Assembly: GCA_028023455.1 (NCBI GenBank)
Contig: JAQFVV010000007.1
Coordinates: 5,704,001 to 5,768,000 of the forward strand
DNA length: 64,000 nt
DNA from: Epiperipatus broadwayi
Taxonomy: Eukaryota; Animalia; Onychophora
Direction of reading: 5' to 3'
The translations under genes were made by a program, and so were the position numbers. Numbering within the stretch: the stretch's first letter is position 1; each line of letters opens with the position of its first letter. The notes under the pieces are model-generated. The model was not told where the DNA came from. It did no database searches and saw nothing but the letters and a program-made list of their open reading frames with translations. Below are positions 25,701 to 39,440 of the stretch, piece by piece.

Positions 25701-27599
25701 GTATTACTCTTTAATTTTTATTTTTAAAAATAAATACTGAATCCTCATTAATTTCTTATGTTTATTTGTTTATTTATTCATTTTATTTTTACTAATTATT
25801 TATTTATGAATGAAAGTTTTCCATAAAGGGAAAAAAATTCAGAAATAGCTTTACATATTATTTGTTTTGAGTTAATTCTACCTTGAGATTATATTTTATT
25901 TTTTTTAATACCATACATTCTTTTCATGCTCTTTTATTTATATTTCTTATAGTTTGAAATTTTAAAGGTTCACATATAATAAAATCATTATTATTAATTT
26001 CTAATCTCTATTTTTTATTTTCCAAACTATGAATAAATATTTTTTCCTAGATTAAAGTTTTGTATAATTATTTAATAAATCATAGTGGAATACCATATGA
26101 AACTATTTAATCAATCTTCTAATCTAATGTCATTGTCAAATGATTTTGGTATAGTTATTGTTGACAATATTATTGGATAAATACTTCTTTCCCAAGTGTC
26201 TCCTGATTTTTTTTCTAATTCATTTTTTCTTATTCTTAACTTTTTCTAATTGTGTACAACAGAAGTGAGTGTGTGATGAATTGTTTTTCTGTCTCCGTTT
26301 AATTTCCTACTCTTGGTGATTGCCTCTATGCACATTTTAACCAAAGAACTTTTCTATAAAGCATATTTAATTACATGTTTTGCTATTAAACCTTTGTTTC
26401 ACAAAAACAGTTGAAGAAAACTTGAACAAAGACAAAAAAACTAAAGTAAAATAAACTATCACAAGCAAACTAACCATCAAGACATTTTAAATAACAAAAT
26501 TAACATCATAAAAAAAAAATAGTTTTGTTATTAATAAAATCATATTGCAGGTGAATTTATATGATATAACAAATGAATTAAAATAAATAACATTACACAA
26601 TGAAGCAAAAAATTGCTCATCTAACATTAGTTGTAATGATTAAAATAAAATTATTAATTATAAGGTAATACATACATGAAATATTCCCAAGTTAATGATA
26701 GAAAAAATGTTAATTTATGCTACATCTGTAATTTGAATCTAAAATATAAAAAATTGGCTAAAATTGTTACATTAATTGTGATTTATAAACATTTATTAAG
26801 CAAAATATTTAAGCCAGCAGTTCTAAATGAAATTTGATAAACCACTAGAAAATTTTATATTGAAAATATGCTATTATGATACTGTTTTCTAAAGTTTTTG
26901 TATAATTAAATGAATGCTGCAAAAGGCTATAGTAACCCATGGAAATCTAATTGGAAAGAAATCTTAGGTTAATTCTTATGTATCTTAAATAAAACAGCCA
27001 CCAAGTGGTAGATTGATTGATCCTAAGATATGTTATTTACCAGACTGCACCCACACTATGTAAAGCCCAGATTTTTTTTAAATTTCTTGCTTTAACAATT
27101 TTTTTTTGAGATTTAATATAAATTAAACAAAAGAATTTAATGATTATATATTAAACATGAGAAATGTAGTTGTAGTGATTTTTTCCAAGCGATTTTTATT
27201 AATTCTTTCATAAACATAATAATACACTAATCAAAACTAGATGTAAATACATTATTATAACATCTGTGTTTTTCTTCTCATTAATCATCACATTTTAAAA
27301 TTTATGTACTGTACTCACATTTTCTTCACGATTTAAATACTATACCTTTGCAGTTAAAAGTGCAGGTTTTTCCAAACAGTTTTTTAATGGCAGAAACTAT
27401 TGTTTTTGTAATAACTGATTGCTTTAACAATTTTTTTTTTAATATTTAATGTGAATTAAATAAAACATTTAAATATGATACAAATAAACTTCTGAATTTT
27501 AAGAAAGCTAAATCAAAATTTACATTTTAAAATATACCTGTTGAGATGTGACATGATGCACTGTGGCTTCTCCTTTCTTGGAGTCAGAAATTTGTCAGC

Positions 27600-30500
27600 C
27601 ACTATGCCCAGTGAAATTTTTAACAACCTTACCTTCTCTTTCCATTCCCTACCCTGTTTTTAGTCACATCCCATTTCCACAACATAATCAACTTAATGAC
27701 CTTTATATCTAAAGACACTATCTTTTCCCAAACCCATCATAAAAACCAATAACCCACTTTCTGTGTAATCACTTTGTTTATATTCTCCCACAACTTCATT
27801 ATTTGTACCCTTTCTGCTTGTAGGTATTAACATTCAATTAACAGATGCCTAATATTTTCTATGCCTTCCTTACATAACTTGAAACTAAATCACCTATATT
27901 TTTACATTTATGTGTATATTCCCTTGTTACTAATGATCCTATTCAAGCCTTAAGCAGTAAACTATCTTCCTTGCTATTATCATAAATTAACTCGCACAAA
28001 ATATTCTGTTTACTTCTCTATATATTTAAACTCTTTTTACTTTCCGTACTAGTTCTCCATCTCTCCAACTTCCTATTTTTTGTTAATGCATCTATTCTTC
28101 TATGCCATTCCTTACTACTATAACACTCAACAATTCTCCTAACACATCCCATATTTTGTATAAGTATACTGACATAAAATTTTTACCCAAATCTTCTGCA
28201 TACAATACTACCTTTCTCACCCATCTTGTTGCCTAACTTTTACTCATAACCCAATTAAATACTATTTTGACTATTCTCTTATCCATAAATTGCAATCTAC
28301 CAAACAATTTTCATTTTGCTTTTTATATTTCATATAAAAACTTGACAATCCCATTTCTCCTTGAATTGCCTCCTTTGCCATCCACATATCTGCATCTAAT
28401 GCATGTCTTTCTACTTCTCTTCATACTTTCTCTAAGATTGGTACTTTTTTTAAGTAATCTAACATCCTTTTACTAACACATAATGCATTATTACCATAAG
28501 TTAACTTAGCTGTTGCCACTCCTTTCCATACAATTCTAGCTATATCATATTTATTATATGAAAACACTGTTAATTTCTTTATCAAATCCTTTCTCTTTTT
28601 TTGCTTCATTTATCATTTTTTTCTCCCATTCATCCAATCAATTTCTTTGATTACTTAAGATGATTCTCAAAATAGTTATACCTATTCACCACACTTTATA
28701 TCCCCCAATAAAAATTCTTTCTTTTCTTTTTCCCCAGCATTATCATCATTACTTTTGATTTTTTTATTCATTAATTTTTAAATTTAATCTCTATTTCTTT
28801 ATCCACCCTTGCACATGCCTTCAGTATAACTTCCATATCTTCCCTACTTTCTATGCACAAAAAGATATCAAGACCTGATTATGTACATACTCTCTTGCCA
28901 ACTATTAATGGTATCTCTATTCCTCTTCCTAGTCTTTATATTGCTCTATCCACTTATCTCAAATATAATAAAAACAAAATAGGTAACATAGGCCATCCTT
29001 ACCATAGTCCCATCCCATTTTTAATTTTAACTGATTCTATATTTCCTAATTGATACATATAATAAATATTTTCATACAATCTCTTAATAAGATCCACTAA
29101 AGCTCCATACATTTCCAGATTTACTAGAATTACCCATAATCTATTTTTATTTGCTCTATCATATGCCTAATCTATATCTAAAACCATATATAACTGTCTA
29201 CTTGCATTCCTACTCATATCTATAAATAATGTGGCTACAAATAAACTACCTCCTATATGCTTATCTGATTGAAAACCTCCTTGCATACTCCCACTATATT
29301 ATTTTCTTCCATCCACTTTGTGGCCCTTCCTGTCACCATATATGCAAAAACTTTATATAACACTTATGTTACCACTATCAATCTATAATCGTTTAACTTT
29401 CTATGATCCTTAGCCTTTCCTGTAAATAGTAGCCTTACTCTTGTATTATTCCAGCTATCTGAAAATTCTCTCTTCTGTGCCACGTTATTAAAACATGATA
29501 ATTGATTTAATTTTACCCTATTTTCTAAATTCATCACCATCTTTGCTGCCCATACATCTAAGCCTCTTGCCTTTCCACTTTTCAATTTCTTCCCTGCCTC
29601 ATTCAATTTATTTTCTGTAAATGTGATATTTTCATTACTTTATGCCTTCATGTTTTTTATTACTTGGCCTTCACATCTAACATCTGTTCTATATCCATTA
29701 CATCCTTATCTAAGATTCTCTCTAGTTCTTCCCCAGAGCTAGATTCTATTCTTACATCATCTAATAATACCATTTTTACCTACCCTACACTCCTTCTTTT
29801 AATATATTTCCAAAATTTTTTACTCCCATCTCTTGTACTTTTATTAATATCCTCCAACAACTTACTCTTTAATTTTATTCTCTATATATAATTATCTATT
29901 TTAGACAACTTCTTTTTTTTAATACTTTTTCCATTTAATATTAACATCTTTTTCACTTTTTTTGTTTTTAATATCTCATATATATTCTCTGTATGTTTTC
30001 CCCCTCCATTTTACACTTTTACTAACTCTCACTTTTCTATTACTTTTATTCTGAATATTCGTACCTAAAATCCTATTTGCCACTTATTCTACTTCACACA
30101 CCAGTCCTTATATTCATCCCCAACAAACTCTTTCATGATTTCTTTGACTTTTATTTTATATTCTTTTAACTTATTCTTATCATTCATTCTCCATCCACAT
30201 CTTTCACTATCCTTTCTACTTTATTACTATTTTCTATCACATTACTAACCATTTCTACTATAAAGAAATTATGATCACTATTACATACTCTCTCTTAATT
30301 ATCAAACACTTTAATTTTTTGTACTTTATTTATTCCCTGTTTCTCTACTAATGCAAAATCTATTGTGTGAAATATATTAATTCTAGACCATGTATATTGT
30401 TCCTCATAAATATTTGATAAATTTCCAATACTGAAATTTGCTCTTTGACAAAAATTCTTTAAAAGCTGTCCATTTTTGTTATTCACATTATCAATTTCTT

Positions 30501-32000
30501 CACTATGCCCATTCATATCCTCTATAACCATTATTTTCTTCTCTTTTTTTTTTGAAACTCTCTAATATCTTTAACTAAGCATTCATATATGCTACTGTTT
30601 CACTCCATTGTAGTTTGACTATCTCCAGTGGCCATATACAATATAGCCACAATCCATTCTTTTCTTCCTAACCTTACTCAAACCATAATGTTCTTGACAA
30701 TAGTATTTAAATATTTTTGACATAACTCCTATACCACCACTCCTTTTTTCTTTTCCATTTATATCCTGCCATATCAAGTGTTCTGGTGTAGGTTTTTCTT
30801 CTTCTCTTAGATGTGTTTCCATTACTGCTAATACTTCAAGCTCTTCATTATTAACTGCTTTGTTTAATTCCAGCCACTTTCCTGGTCTTTTATCATCTTC
30901 CACATTCAAATATACAATTTTAACAGTTTCTTCTTTTCTTACCAGCCTTTTATAAAAAAATTTTGACTCTTTCTTTTCTATTATACTTGAAAGTAACTTG
31001 CTTACCATATCCATTCTCTCTCCCACATCTACATTTATATCTAAATCAACTACACTTTGTTTATTTCTTACATCCCATCCGTTCTTCTTTTTTTTTGATA
31101 ATACTACAATTTAAAACCCTACTTCAATTTATAAGTTTCCCAAACTATATTTTTATAAATCAAACTTCCTAATACTTCATTTCTTTATTTTGCTAAGTGC
31201 AATCCCTCTTTACTATACAACTTCCTTTTACTAATAAATTTTTTTTTCTTTCACTAATTTTTTCAATTTTTCATATATAAAACATGTCCTATATAACATA
31301 TACTTATTGTTGAATCTTGGTAATAATCCAATTATTCCTACTCTTTTTTTAATTTTACTCAAATTACTAATCAATTATGTATACTCATCCATTACTTTCT
31401 CCAATGTCTCTGACAAATTATTTGTCCCTACTAAACATAAACAGCTTTATTCCCTTATTTGTTAATCTTATCTGTAATTTAGTTCTGACTCCAGGCAAAC
31501 ATATTCTTACATTCCTGTTTCTATTTTCCCTTGCAATAACATCTCCACATCCTCTAATTAGTGAGTCTCCTATCAATACTGTCTCATAGTTTACTTTCCC
31601 TACTTTATCCATGACATTCTCTTCCACCTTCTTAATTGTTTTTATTCATTAATTCCTTAATCTGCTCACACTTCATCTCTAACAATTTTAATTTTGCTTC
31701 TACATCCTTTACCTCTTCCTCTATCTTATTTATTCTTTGACTAACCATCTCAATTGTACTACTTACTTTGTCATATATACCTCTTGTCATTCCACTAAAA
31801 CATTCTATTCTATCTTCCTCAACTACATTTTGTTCCATTTTTCCTGACTTTTTCTTCAAACTATCTAAATTTAGAAACCATTTTTACACCACTTTTAACA
31901 CAATTACACATGATCTACATAAACTCACATCTGTTATGTACTTCCTAGTCTTATTTAAACCTTCAAATGATTCTACCCCAACCCACCTACTTTCCTTCTG
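27600..32000 (-). mobile_element. Near full-length decayed LINE with coiled-coil + GDSL/SGNH esterase ORF1 and APE-RT ORF2 (RTEX- or CR1/L2-group-like)
   Basis: ORF1: coiled coil (31632-31859), then VLIGDSLIRG (31418-31627). ORF2: APE fragments LAVMETHL...GGIG and HTIDFALV; RT fragments KARGLD...YRLIVVT, D*AYD, GCPMLPILF and VWKGVATAKLTYG; C-terminal E.I.HLLIEC-like motif near 27850. Many stops and frameshifts. Confidence 0.85.
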
Positions 32001-34299
32001 ACCGTTACATATACATTGTCAGATACAAATGCAATCCATATTCCTTATTTTTCCAAGTCCCCTACTCTATATTTAAATTTATTCTTTTTCTACTACTCTT
32101 CAAACCTCTTCATATAAAGGGGAAAAACCTTTTTTTAATGGCAATCGATAAAAAAGTGCTTCCTAACATTACGTTTTAAATGTTACATTTTTTTTTTTTA
32201 AATAAATCACTCTCTTTCTTAAATTGAAAAAATTTTTAGTAGCAAACCAACAAATCTCATGTATAACTTAGTTGTAAAGCCTCCTTGCAGTAAACACACA
32301 CATAAAAAAATATTTTTTTATATATTTTAAATGGCATAACAAATCACTTTTCAAATACTAGTTATATTTCTCATGATTTTTCCAAATCCAATTAAATCTA
32401 TTTTTCCTCAAATCAATTTTCTTTACACATCCACACTTTAAGCAAAAATTAAATGACAAAATTTTTTCCAGATGATATTAAAAAAATATGAATCTTAACT
32501 TATCTTATGGAATAAATCAGCCACATCAGCACAGCAAGGTGCCCTCTGAATAATTTTTTTCCCAACAGCATCCCAACTAGTAATAATAATTTTTGTAGCT
32601 TTATTAATAGTTACCATTTACTAATGTCAGAATACAAAAATGCCCATCATTTTTGTAATATTTTTTATTAAATATAATATTTGTAATTTTTTTTTATTAG
32701 TTGCTTTAACAATTTTTTTTTAATATTTGATATAAATATGTATTTTTTATTAAACATTGCTAATTTATAAACGTTTGTTTCATTTTAAATTAATGATGAT
32801 AAGTATGTTATTTATCTGAATTATAATAGGGGATTGATAGACCATGAAAATACCATACCATCGAATTATGTAATCGACATTTATGGCTGTTTCTGGAGCT
32901 GGATGGGAACCTTTACCACAAAATATATGCTATATCTCTGTAATTAAAAGCACTCATACTGATTTTTTTTCCCCAGTGTTTTTTATTTATTGGCAGAATT
33001 ACCTCCTTTGTATAAACATATTAGTTGCGATATCATTGGAAAAACATTCATTCACCAATCAGACAACAGAAAAAATACATATTTTATATATGATAGCCTT
33101 AAATTAAACATACTATCCACTCAAATCACCATAGTTGACTCTTCTAATGAGACTCTTTAATCCAGATATATTTATCTTTATTTCTTGAAAATTGATAAGA
33201 TCTATTTACTTCAATAAGTGTGAAATGAGGGAAAACACTAGTATATCTGGTGGCAGAAAATCTCTTTTATACTGTGTAATACATGTTTTAAATATATTTT
33301 AAAAAACAATATATGTAAACAACTAATGAATTACACTCTATTATCTTCATTTGTATTTGTTATCTAGCAAGTTACCTCAGGGTTTTTTTTTTGTAATTTT
33401 ATAAATGAATTTTGATCTTAATTATTCTATCATCTATAATATGATGAAACAAATACAAAAGATTTTACTTGTATTCGTTCATCAGAAGCACTTTGCACTT
33501 TAAATAAAATGTTGTGGTTAAGATAATAGTAAATACCTTTAATGGTTCTAATGTATGACCAACTTTAATTTAATGTATGTCCATTTCTAGGACTTCTACA
33601 ACTTTTTTAGTTTTTTTATTATTATTATGACCTCTGATGATGGGAATAATCAAACTCAATCAAATAACAAAAAAATTACTTTGTTTAGAACAAATAATCT
33701 TCAAAGCTACAATTATTATAATAATGAAATGTGGAAATTGTATATAATGTACTTAGAAGGAAATTCATTGACCTATGCTTGGAATCAAATTCTCTACATT
33801 TTTTTTTGAAAATAATAATAATCAGTGAAGTTGAATTATCATATAGATATTTTACAGCAAGTGATGTTAATGATAAGACAACATAATTCAAGATGATATA
33901 TGATTCTCAGATTCATTTGCTGTTTAATACAGATGAACTATGGAAAACTCAAGAATTATCTTAAATTAAATACATCATCTCCAATAGAAATGTAATGATA
34001 TGTGTGGTGAAACAACACACTTATATCACTAAATTTACCTATCTAACTGTATTCTACTCTCCAAATACATCCATTGGGAATTTTGATATTTACCTCAAGG
34101 ACATATAAATCCAACATATGAAGATAATAAAATAAATAATATAATTATAGAATCCTTAAATAAAATTTGAAAAATATATACTTACTTCAAAGTTCACTCC
34201 AAGAAAATATACAGTCCAATACTCTATCAAAACCAAGATTTAAAACATTATCTATACTACTGTGCTTAACAATATGAACCCATTTTGTGATTCAATCAT

Positions 34300-35300
34300 C
34301 CTTATTCAAGATCTGAATGTAGTTTGAATATTACTCCTAATAAAAAAAAAATTTAATGAGTATAAAGATAATTGAAGAATTGATTACCATTAAGCTGATA
34401 AGATTTATCATGGGTATTAAAGAGCATATCTAAAGTCATCATATTAAAAAAAAACTGGTATTTTTATAATCCTTAATTTATCTTTAAATTTGGTAAGTGT
34501 TCTCTTGCAGAGTTTTAATATTAATCCATTAATGATTAACGATGATAACACTTTTTTTTTGTTTTAATGCAATTTAACTTCAAGAAATTCATCCAACAAA
34601 ATGTAAAATAAATTATTTTATTTATTTTTAAAGATCCAATGTTCTGTTATTCGCCCATCTAATTCCTAATTTCTTATTTGTATTCATTAAATGTAGATTG
34701 TTCTTAATTTGTTGGTTTTAATTGAATTATTTATTCAGAAAATATTCAAATCCTCTTTCTTTTTTTAAAAACAATAAGATTTAGCATTGATAATAATAAT
34801 ACTCGATTTCACATGAAAGAATCAATTTACCAGTAATTCCTGCTCTTTTTTTTTTTTTAAAAAAAAAGCTTTACATGTTTAATAAATTCAGAAGCTTTGG
34901 CATTATTTTATATTCAATATTCATAATAATTTCTCAATTGACTCTACTTTGTGAAGTTATTACATAAGGCATTAACATGTATGGTCCAATAATATTATTT
35001 CACAGGTAAAATTCTGAAAGTCTCAAAATTGAAATTAGGTCTTAGTAATTCACTTTCCTTCCATAAGAGGTTGTTTTATCACCCTTTTTGTCCAATATAT
35101 TCTTCAGAAATAACATGATAAAGAGATCTTGTCAAATGATGGACCTCCTTGACAAATTATTTTAACTTGCCATAGGTTGATAAAGCTGCAAAGCAATGCA
35201 AAAAAATGGCTATTTTAATACTAAACTACTTAGGTTTTGAATATCACTCTGATCAAAAGACAACTATGAAAAAATTCAACATGTGATTTTTTATACAAAC
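34300..35300 (-). mobile_element. Highly decayed LINE RT remnant
   Basis: The reverse complement gives KKGDK....NY.(P)IS-like (~35030-35090) and ICQGGP-like (~35140) segments. Confidence 0.4.
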
Positions 35301-36169
35301 TTTGATTATGTGATATTCAATGTCATCATCACCATTCGTAATACCATTCTTCTTTTTACTAATTCATGTAAAATTATCACTTGCTGTCATAGCAACAATT
35401 CCTTGTTCTTTTTTTTTTTTTGAGAAGTTATGTAATGTCTGACTTTCAGGCAAGGAGCAAAAAGAAATTCTTCCCTTTTTTAACAGGATATATTAATCAT
35501 AATTAAATATTAGAGATCACACTAAAATAAAACACACAACTAGTTATATTCAAGTAGTATAAAATGTTCAACATAATATTCACAGATTTATATAAGTAAA
35601 GCATTAAACATGAGTATCCAAGGTAAATGTAAAATTGACTATTCGATTATGGTGATATATACCATGTTTCCCTGAAAATAAGACTGTCTTATATTAATTT
35701 TTGCTCCAAAAGTCACTATAAAGCTTATTTTCAGGGGATGTCATTTTTTTATGTACAAAAATGTACATTTGTTTAAGTACTTCTCTTTACAAAAGCTGTA
35801 AGATTCTTACTCCAGGAGCTCCTTACAATTTTTTTTGTGCTCACCAGAATAGCTCATTCTGTTTGCACTCATATTATTGGGTGATCAGAATATTCCCTTT
35901 ATATTTACCATTAAATCCAGTTGATTGAAGATTGCAACACAGCAGCAACATCAAAAATGATTACAGGTTAGAATGGTTTGTCCATACAAAAACAACAAAA
36001 AATTCAGAAAAATTTTTTGTATTTTTTTTTTAAAACCTTTTCTTAAGGAGAAAGATTGATTATAAAAATCATTTCCATTATTTATACACTTTTAGGAAAA
36101 AAAAATTGTTTAAGAAATCAAATTAATTTTTCTTTTTATTTGCCTGAAAGTTCGTGATGATGGTATATT

Positions 36170-36331
36170 ATTAGATGCGATATGTTGGACTATTTCCATC
36201 ATCTATCAGTGAATGTTGAATGTACAGAAAATTTTAAACTAAAGTTTAAAATTTTCTGTACATTCAACATTTACTCAAAGTTTAAAATTCACTCATAGAT
36301 GATGGAAATAGTCCAATATATCACATCTAAT
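36170..36331. repeat. Nested palindrome: 37-bp outer arms enclosing a perfect 29-bp stem
   Basis: Outer arms 36170-36206 and 36295-36331. Inner arms 36212-36240 and 36243-36271 are exact reverse complements. Confidence 0.95.
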
Positions 36332-36764
36332 TTTTCTTTTATCTTGAATATTTAAAACCTACCATGATGAAACTCTAAAACTAAATTGAGCATTCTATAT
36401 CTAAGTGTTCAATATAAATAAGTATCTAAAAATATATAAATGAAATTATAAATTGTCTAATATACTGAATTATGTAAGAAATTGTTTTTCTATACAGGTA
36501 GAATTATATTTTCAAAAATGATTGACGAACAATACAAAAAAAAACATATTTATATTATCATTTATCTAAAGCATTAACGTTTAATAATATTGTTTATTTA
36601 TACATCCATTACTTTATAATTCAATACTTTTGATGATTTTAACTAGGACTTAAATTTGAAGTAGGGCTTATATTATAAGCATCCAAAAAATCATGCTAGA
36701 ACTTATATTCTGGTTAGGTCTTATTTTTAGGGAAACACAGTAGTTATTAAAGTAATATTTAAAG

Positions 36765-39085
36765 ATTATCTAATGAGGTTTGCATTTAATGTAATGTATT
36801 TTATGTATAATTCTTTTAATGATTAACTTAGGTGTACATATCGGAGCTTTGACATAAGATGTTGTTTTAACCCCCCCCCCTATTTTTCCTTTGTCTTGTG
36901 TGAAAGTAAATTGTAAACATGTGTATTTTAAATAGGTAAAATCTGCTGAACTTGATTTATATAATATTTTCAGACTAATTTCCCTGACACATTTCACCAG
37001 AATGCATATAAAAACATTTTATCTCCTAATATTGAACTTTTTAAATGCATATCATGCTCATATAAAAATAAACTTATCAAATGTACAAAAAAAAATATTA
37101 TTTCTCTCCACCTATTTCTTCAGATCATGAAAATAAAAAAAATTGTTCTCTATTTTTACTCTCTGTTTTCTCTCTTTTTCTTTTTTTAAATAGATGGACC
37201 TAGAATGTTCATTAATTCATTGAATCCTGTATTGACCATTATTGCATCTCTGACATTGTTATTCACCCATGCTTTACATAATTATCACTATTATCAATTT
37301 CTAACCTACAGTTTGGTTTAATTAATACCATTTATGAATTATTTCATCATACTTAGTCTATAAGTATTTATTCAAAAGACGACATAGGCCTTAAACTATG
37401 CACATTATAAATTTAATGAATGACTTTTATTCTGTGCCTTACTAATCTTTTTACGATAATCCTTTAACATTTTCAATTATTCTTTTTCCTTTATTTTTAT
37501 TATAATTAGAGTGGTAATAAGAAACGAGTCTTTTAAGACTAAGATGAGAATCTTTGTGACTTCTTTAATAATGTTGTGTCTGATGCTCAGACAAAGAAAA
37601 AGCAATAAAAGTCTTTAACTTTACAGCCTGTCCTCTGAAAAACTGTGTACAGCTATCTGTATTTGTAGTATATTTTTCTTGAGAAATGTAATAATGAATA
37701 TCCTGTTGATCCTCCCCCATAAACTGGTCTTGATCAAATGTTTAAAGTCCCCATATGGCTGAGAATTATCAAACTAACTCCCACCAATCTTTGGTAGTGG
37801 CGTATAAGTGATTGCTAGCTTATGCCAATTTTTCTTTCTCCCCAGAATACTTAAGACAAACAACATCTCTAGATTCTGCAAATACTCAGATGAGTTGGCT
37901 AAATACTATCCTCTAAACGTCTTTTCCATCATAAATTTTAGTACTGTAAAGTTCTCAATAGTACTTAATTCAAGGTCTACAATTTACACTATTTGAAGAT
38001 TATTAACTAGTGGTCCATAATCAGTTTTATTCTGATCAGGATTTATTGTATCATATTCTGTCTTTAAAATGGTCCCCACACACATTTCTACCTCTTTCTC
38101 TGTTGATAATTAGAATATATTATACTCTAATTTCTCTCATTATAAATTTGTAGCTCCCCAATTTTCCAATTTATATCCTGTATCTCAATATCAATTTGTA
38201 TCTCATCAGTCAACTCCTTGACAAAACTCTTTTGTTCTACTTTAAAGTTATTTAATTCTTTCACAATTTTCTAATCTTTGTTTAATGACACATTCCAGCC
38301 ACTTTTTATATTTATTACTTATTTCTCTTAATTTTTTTTAAATTTTCTTCTCCATTAAATTTCATACTTGATTTATGAGTTTCTTTCATTTCTGACTTTG
38401 ATTCATCTACAGCTTATTTTCTTTTTAAATTCTTCAAATTTTACTTTACACTGTTTGTATTTTGTCACAAATTTGATGAATCTTTATTTGAACATTCTCC
38501 TGTGAGATCATCAAATCCTTTTCTAAATTAACATGATTATCATTAATTTTTAGCAAATTTTAGATTTAATTCATTTTTAAATTCTTCAAATAAATTTATT
38601 AATTGAGTTTCAATACTATTAATTTTATTATTTGTTATAATTAATTGCTCTGACAATTTATAACTACATCCATCCAACTTGCTCTCCAAACTATTACATC
38701 TATTGTCCATTTCAGTTTTATACATATCTAAACTATCTCTAATGATGTTTGATTTAATGAAATGTATTTTATGTATAATTCTTTTAATGATTAACTTAGG
38801 CCTATGTATATCATGCCTTTTGCTTAGGATGTTAAGTTTTTTTCCCCTCCCCTTTCCCTTTGTCTTGCATGGAAGTGAATTGTAAACATGTCTTTTAAAT
38901 GGGTAAAGTTTGCTGAATTTCATTTGCATAATATTTTTAGACTAATTTATCAAACACATTTTACCAGAATGCATATAAAAAACATTCTATCTTCTAATAT
39001 TCAATCTCTTAAATGCATACCATGCTTATATTGAAATAAACTTATCAAATCTACAAAAAAAAATCTGTATTTCCACCTATTTCTA
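36765..39085. repeat. Pair of ~340 bp direct repeats (36765-37110 and 38733-39085) enclosing a minus-strand coiled-coil/gag-like remnant
   Basis: aatgtattttatgtataattcttttaatgattaacttagg...caccagaatgcatataaaaa...ccacctatttct occurs twice. ORF 38543-38929 has a coiled-coil C-terminal half. Confidence 0.75.
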
Positions 39086-39369
39086 CAGAGAAATAGAAGG
39101 TTATAATATATATATAATTAGTTCAAAAGAAGTATAAATGTGAATAATAATAAAAATTATATTCTTTTATTTGGACCTCGAATATGCTTACAATATCTAT
39201 ATATTGCATTTACTTATACTTATTACTATTGAAATCAGAAACATTTTAAGTGAAAACTTACCATACAAGAATGCAGCTGCATGAAATGGTTGAATTACTT
39301 TTAAAAACAATGTATATAATACATATTAAATTTATGATAATCAAATAATTTATTGCTTAGAAAAGTCAT

Positions 39370-39440
39370 AGCTTGAAATTCAATCCAGGAACATTCAGTT
39401 CTTAAGCCTGTGTTTTACCACTAGACTAAAACAGCATAGT
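39370..39440 (-). repeat. Degenerate tRNA-derived SINE head
   Basis: The reverse complement tagtctagtggtaaaacacaggcttaagaactgaatgttcctggattgaatttc has A-box-like and decayed B-box-like segments at tRNA spacing. Confidence 0.4.

Noticed and set aside
32830-32960. Possible additional neprilysin exon
   Set aside because: No phase-1 open frame from an AG acceptor, and the exons at 25700 and 47939 already join seamlessly.
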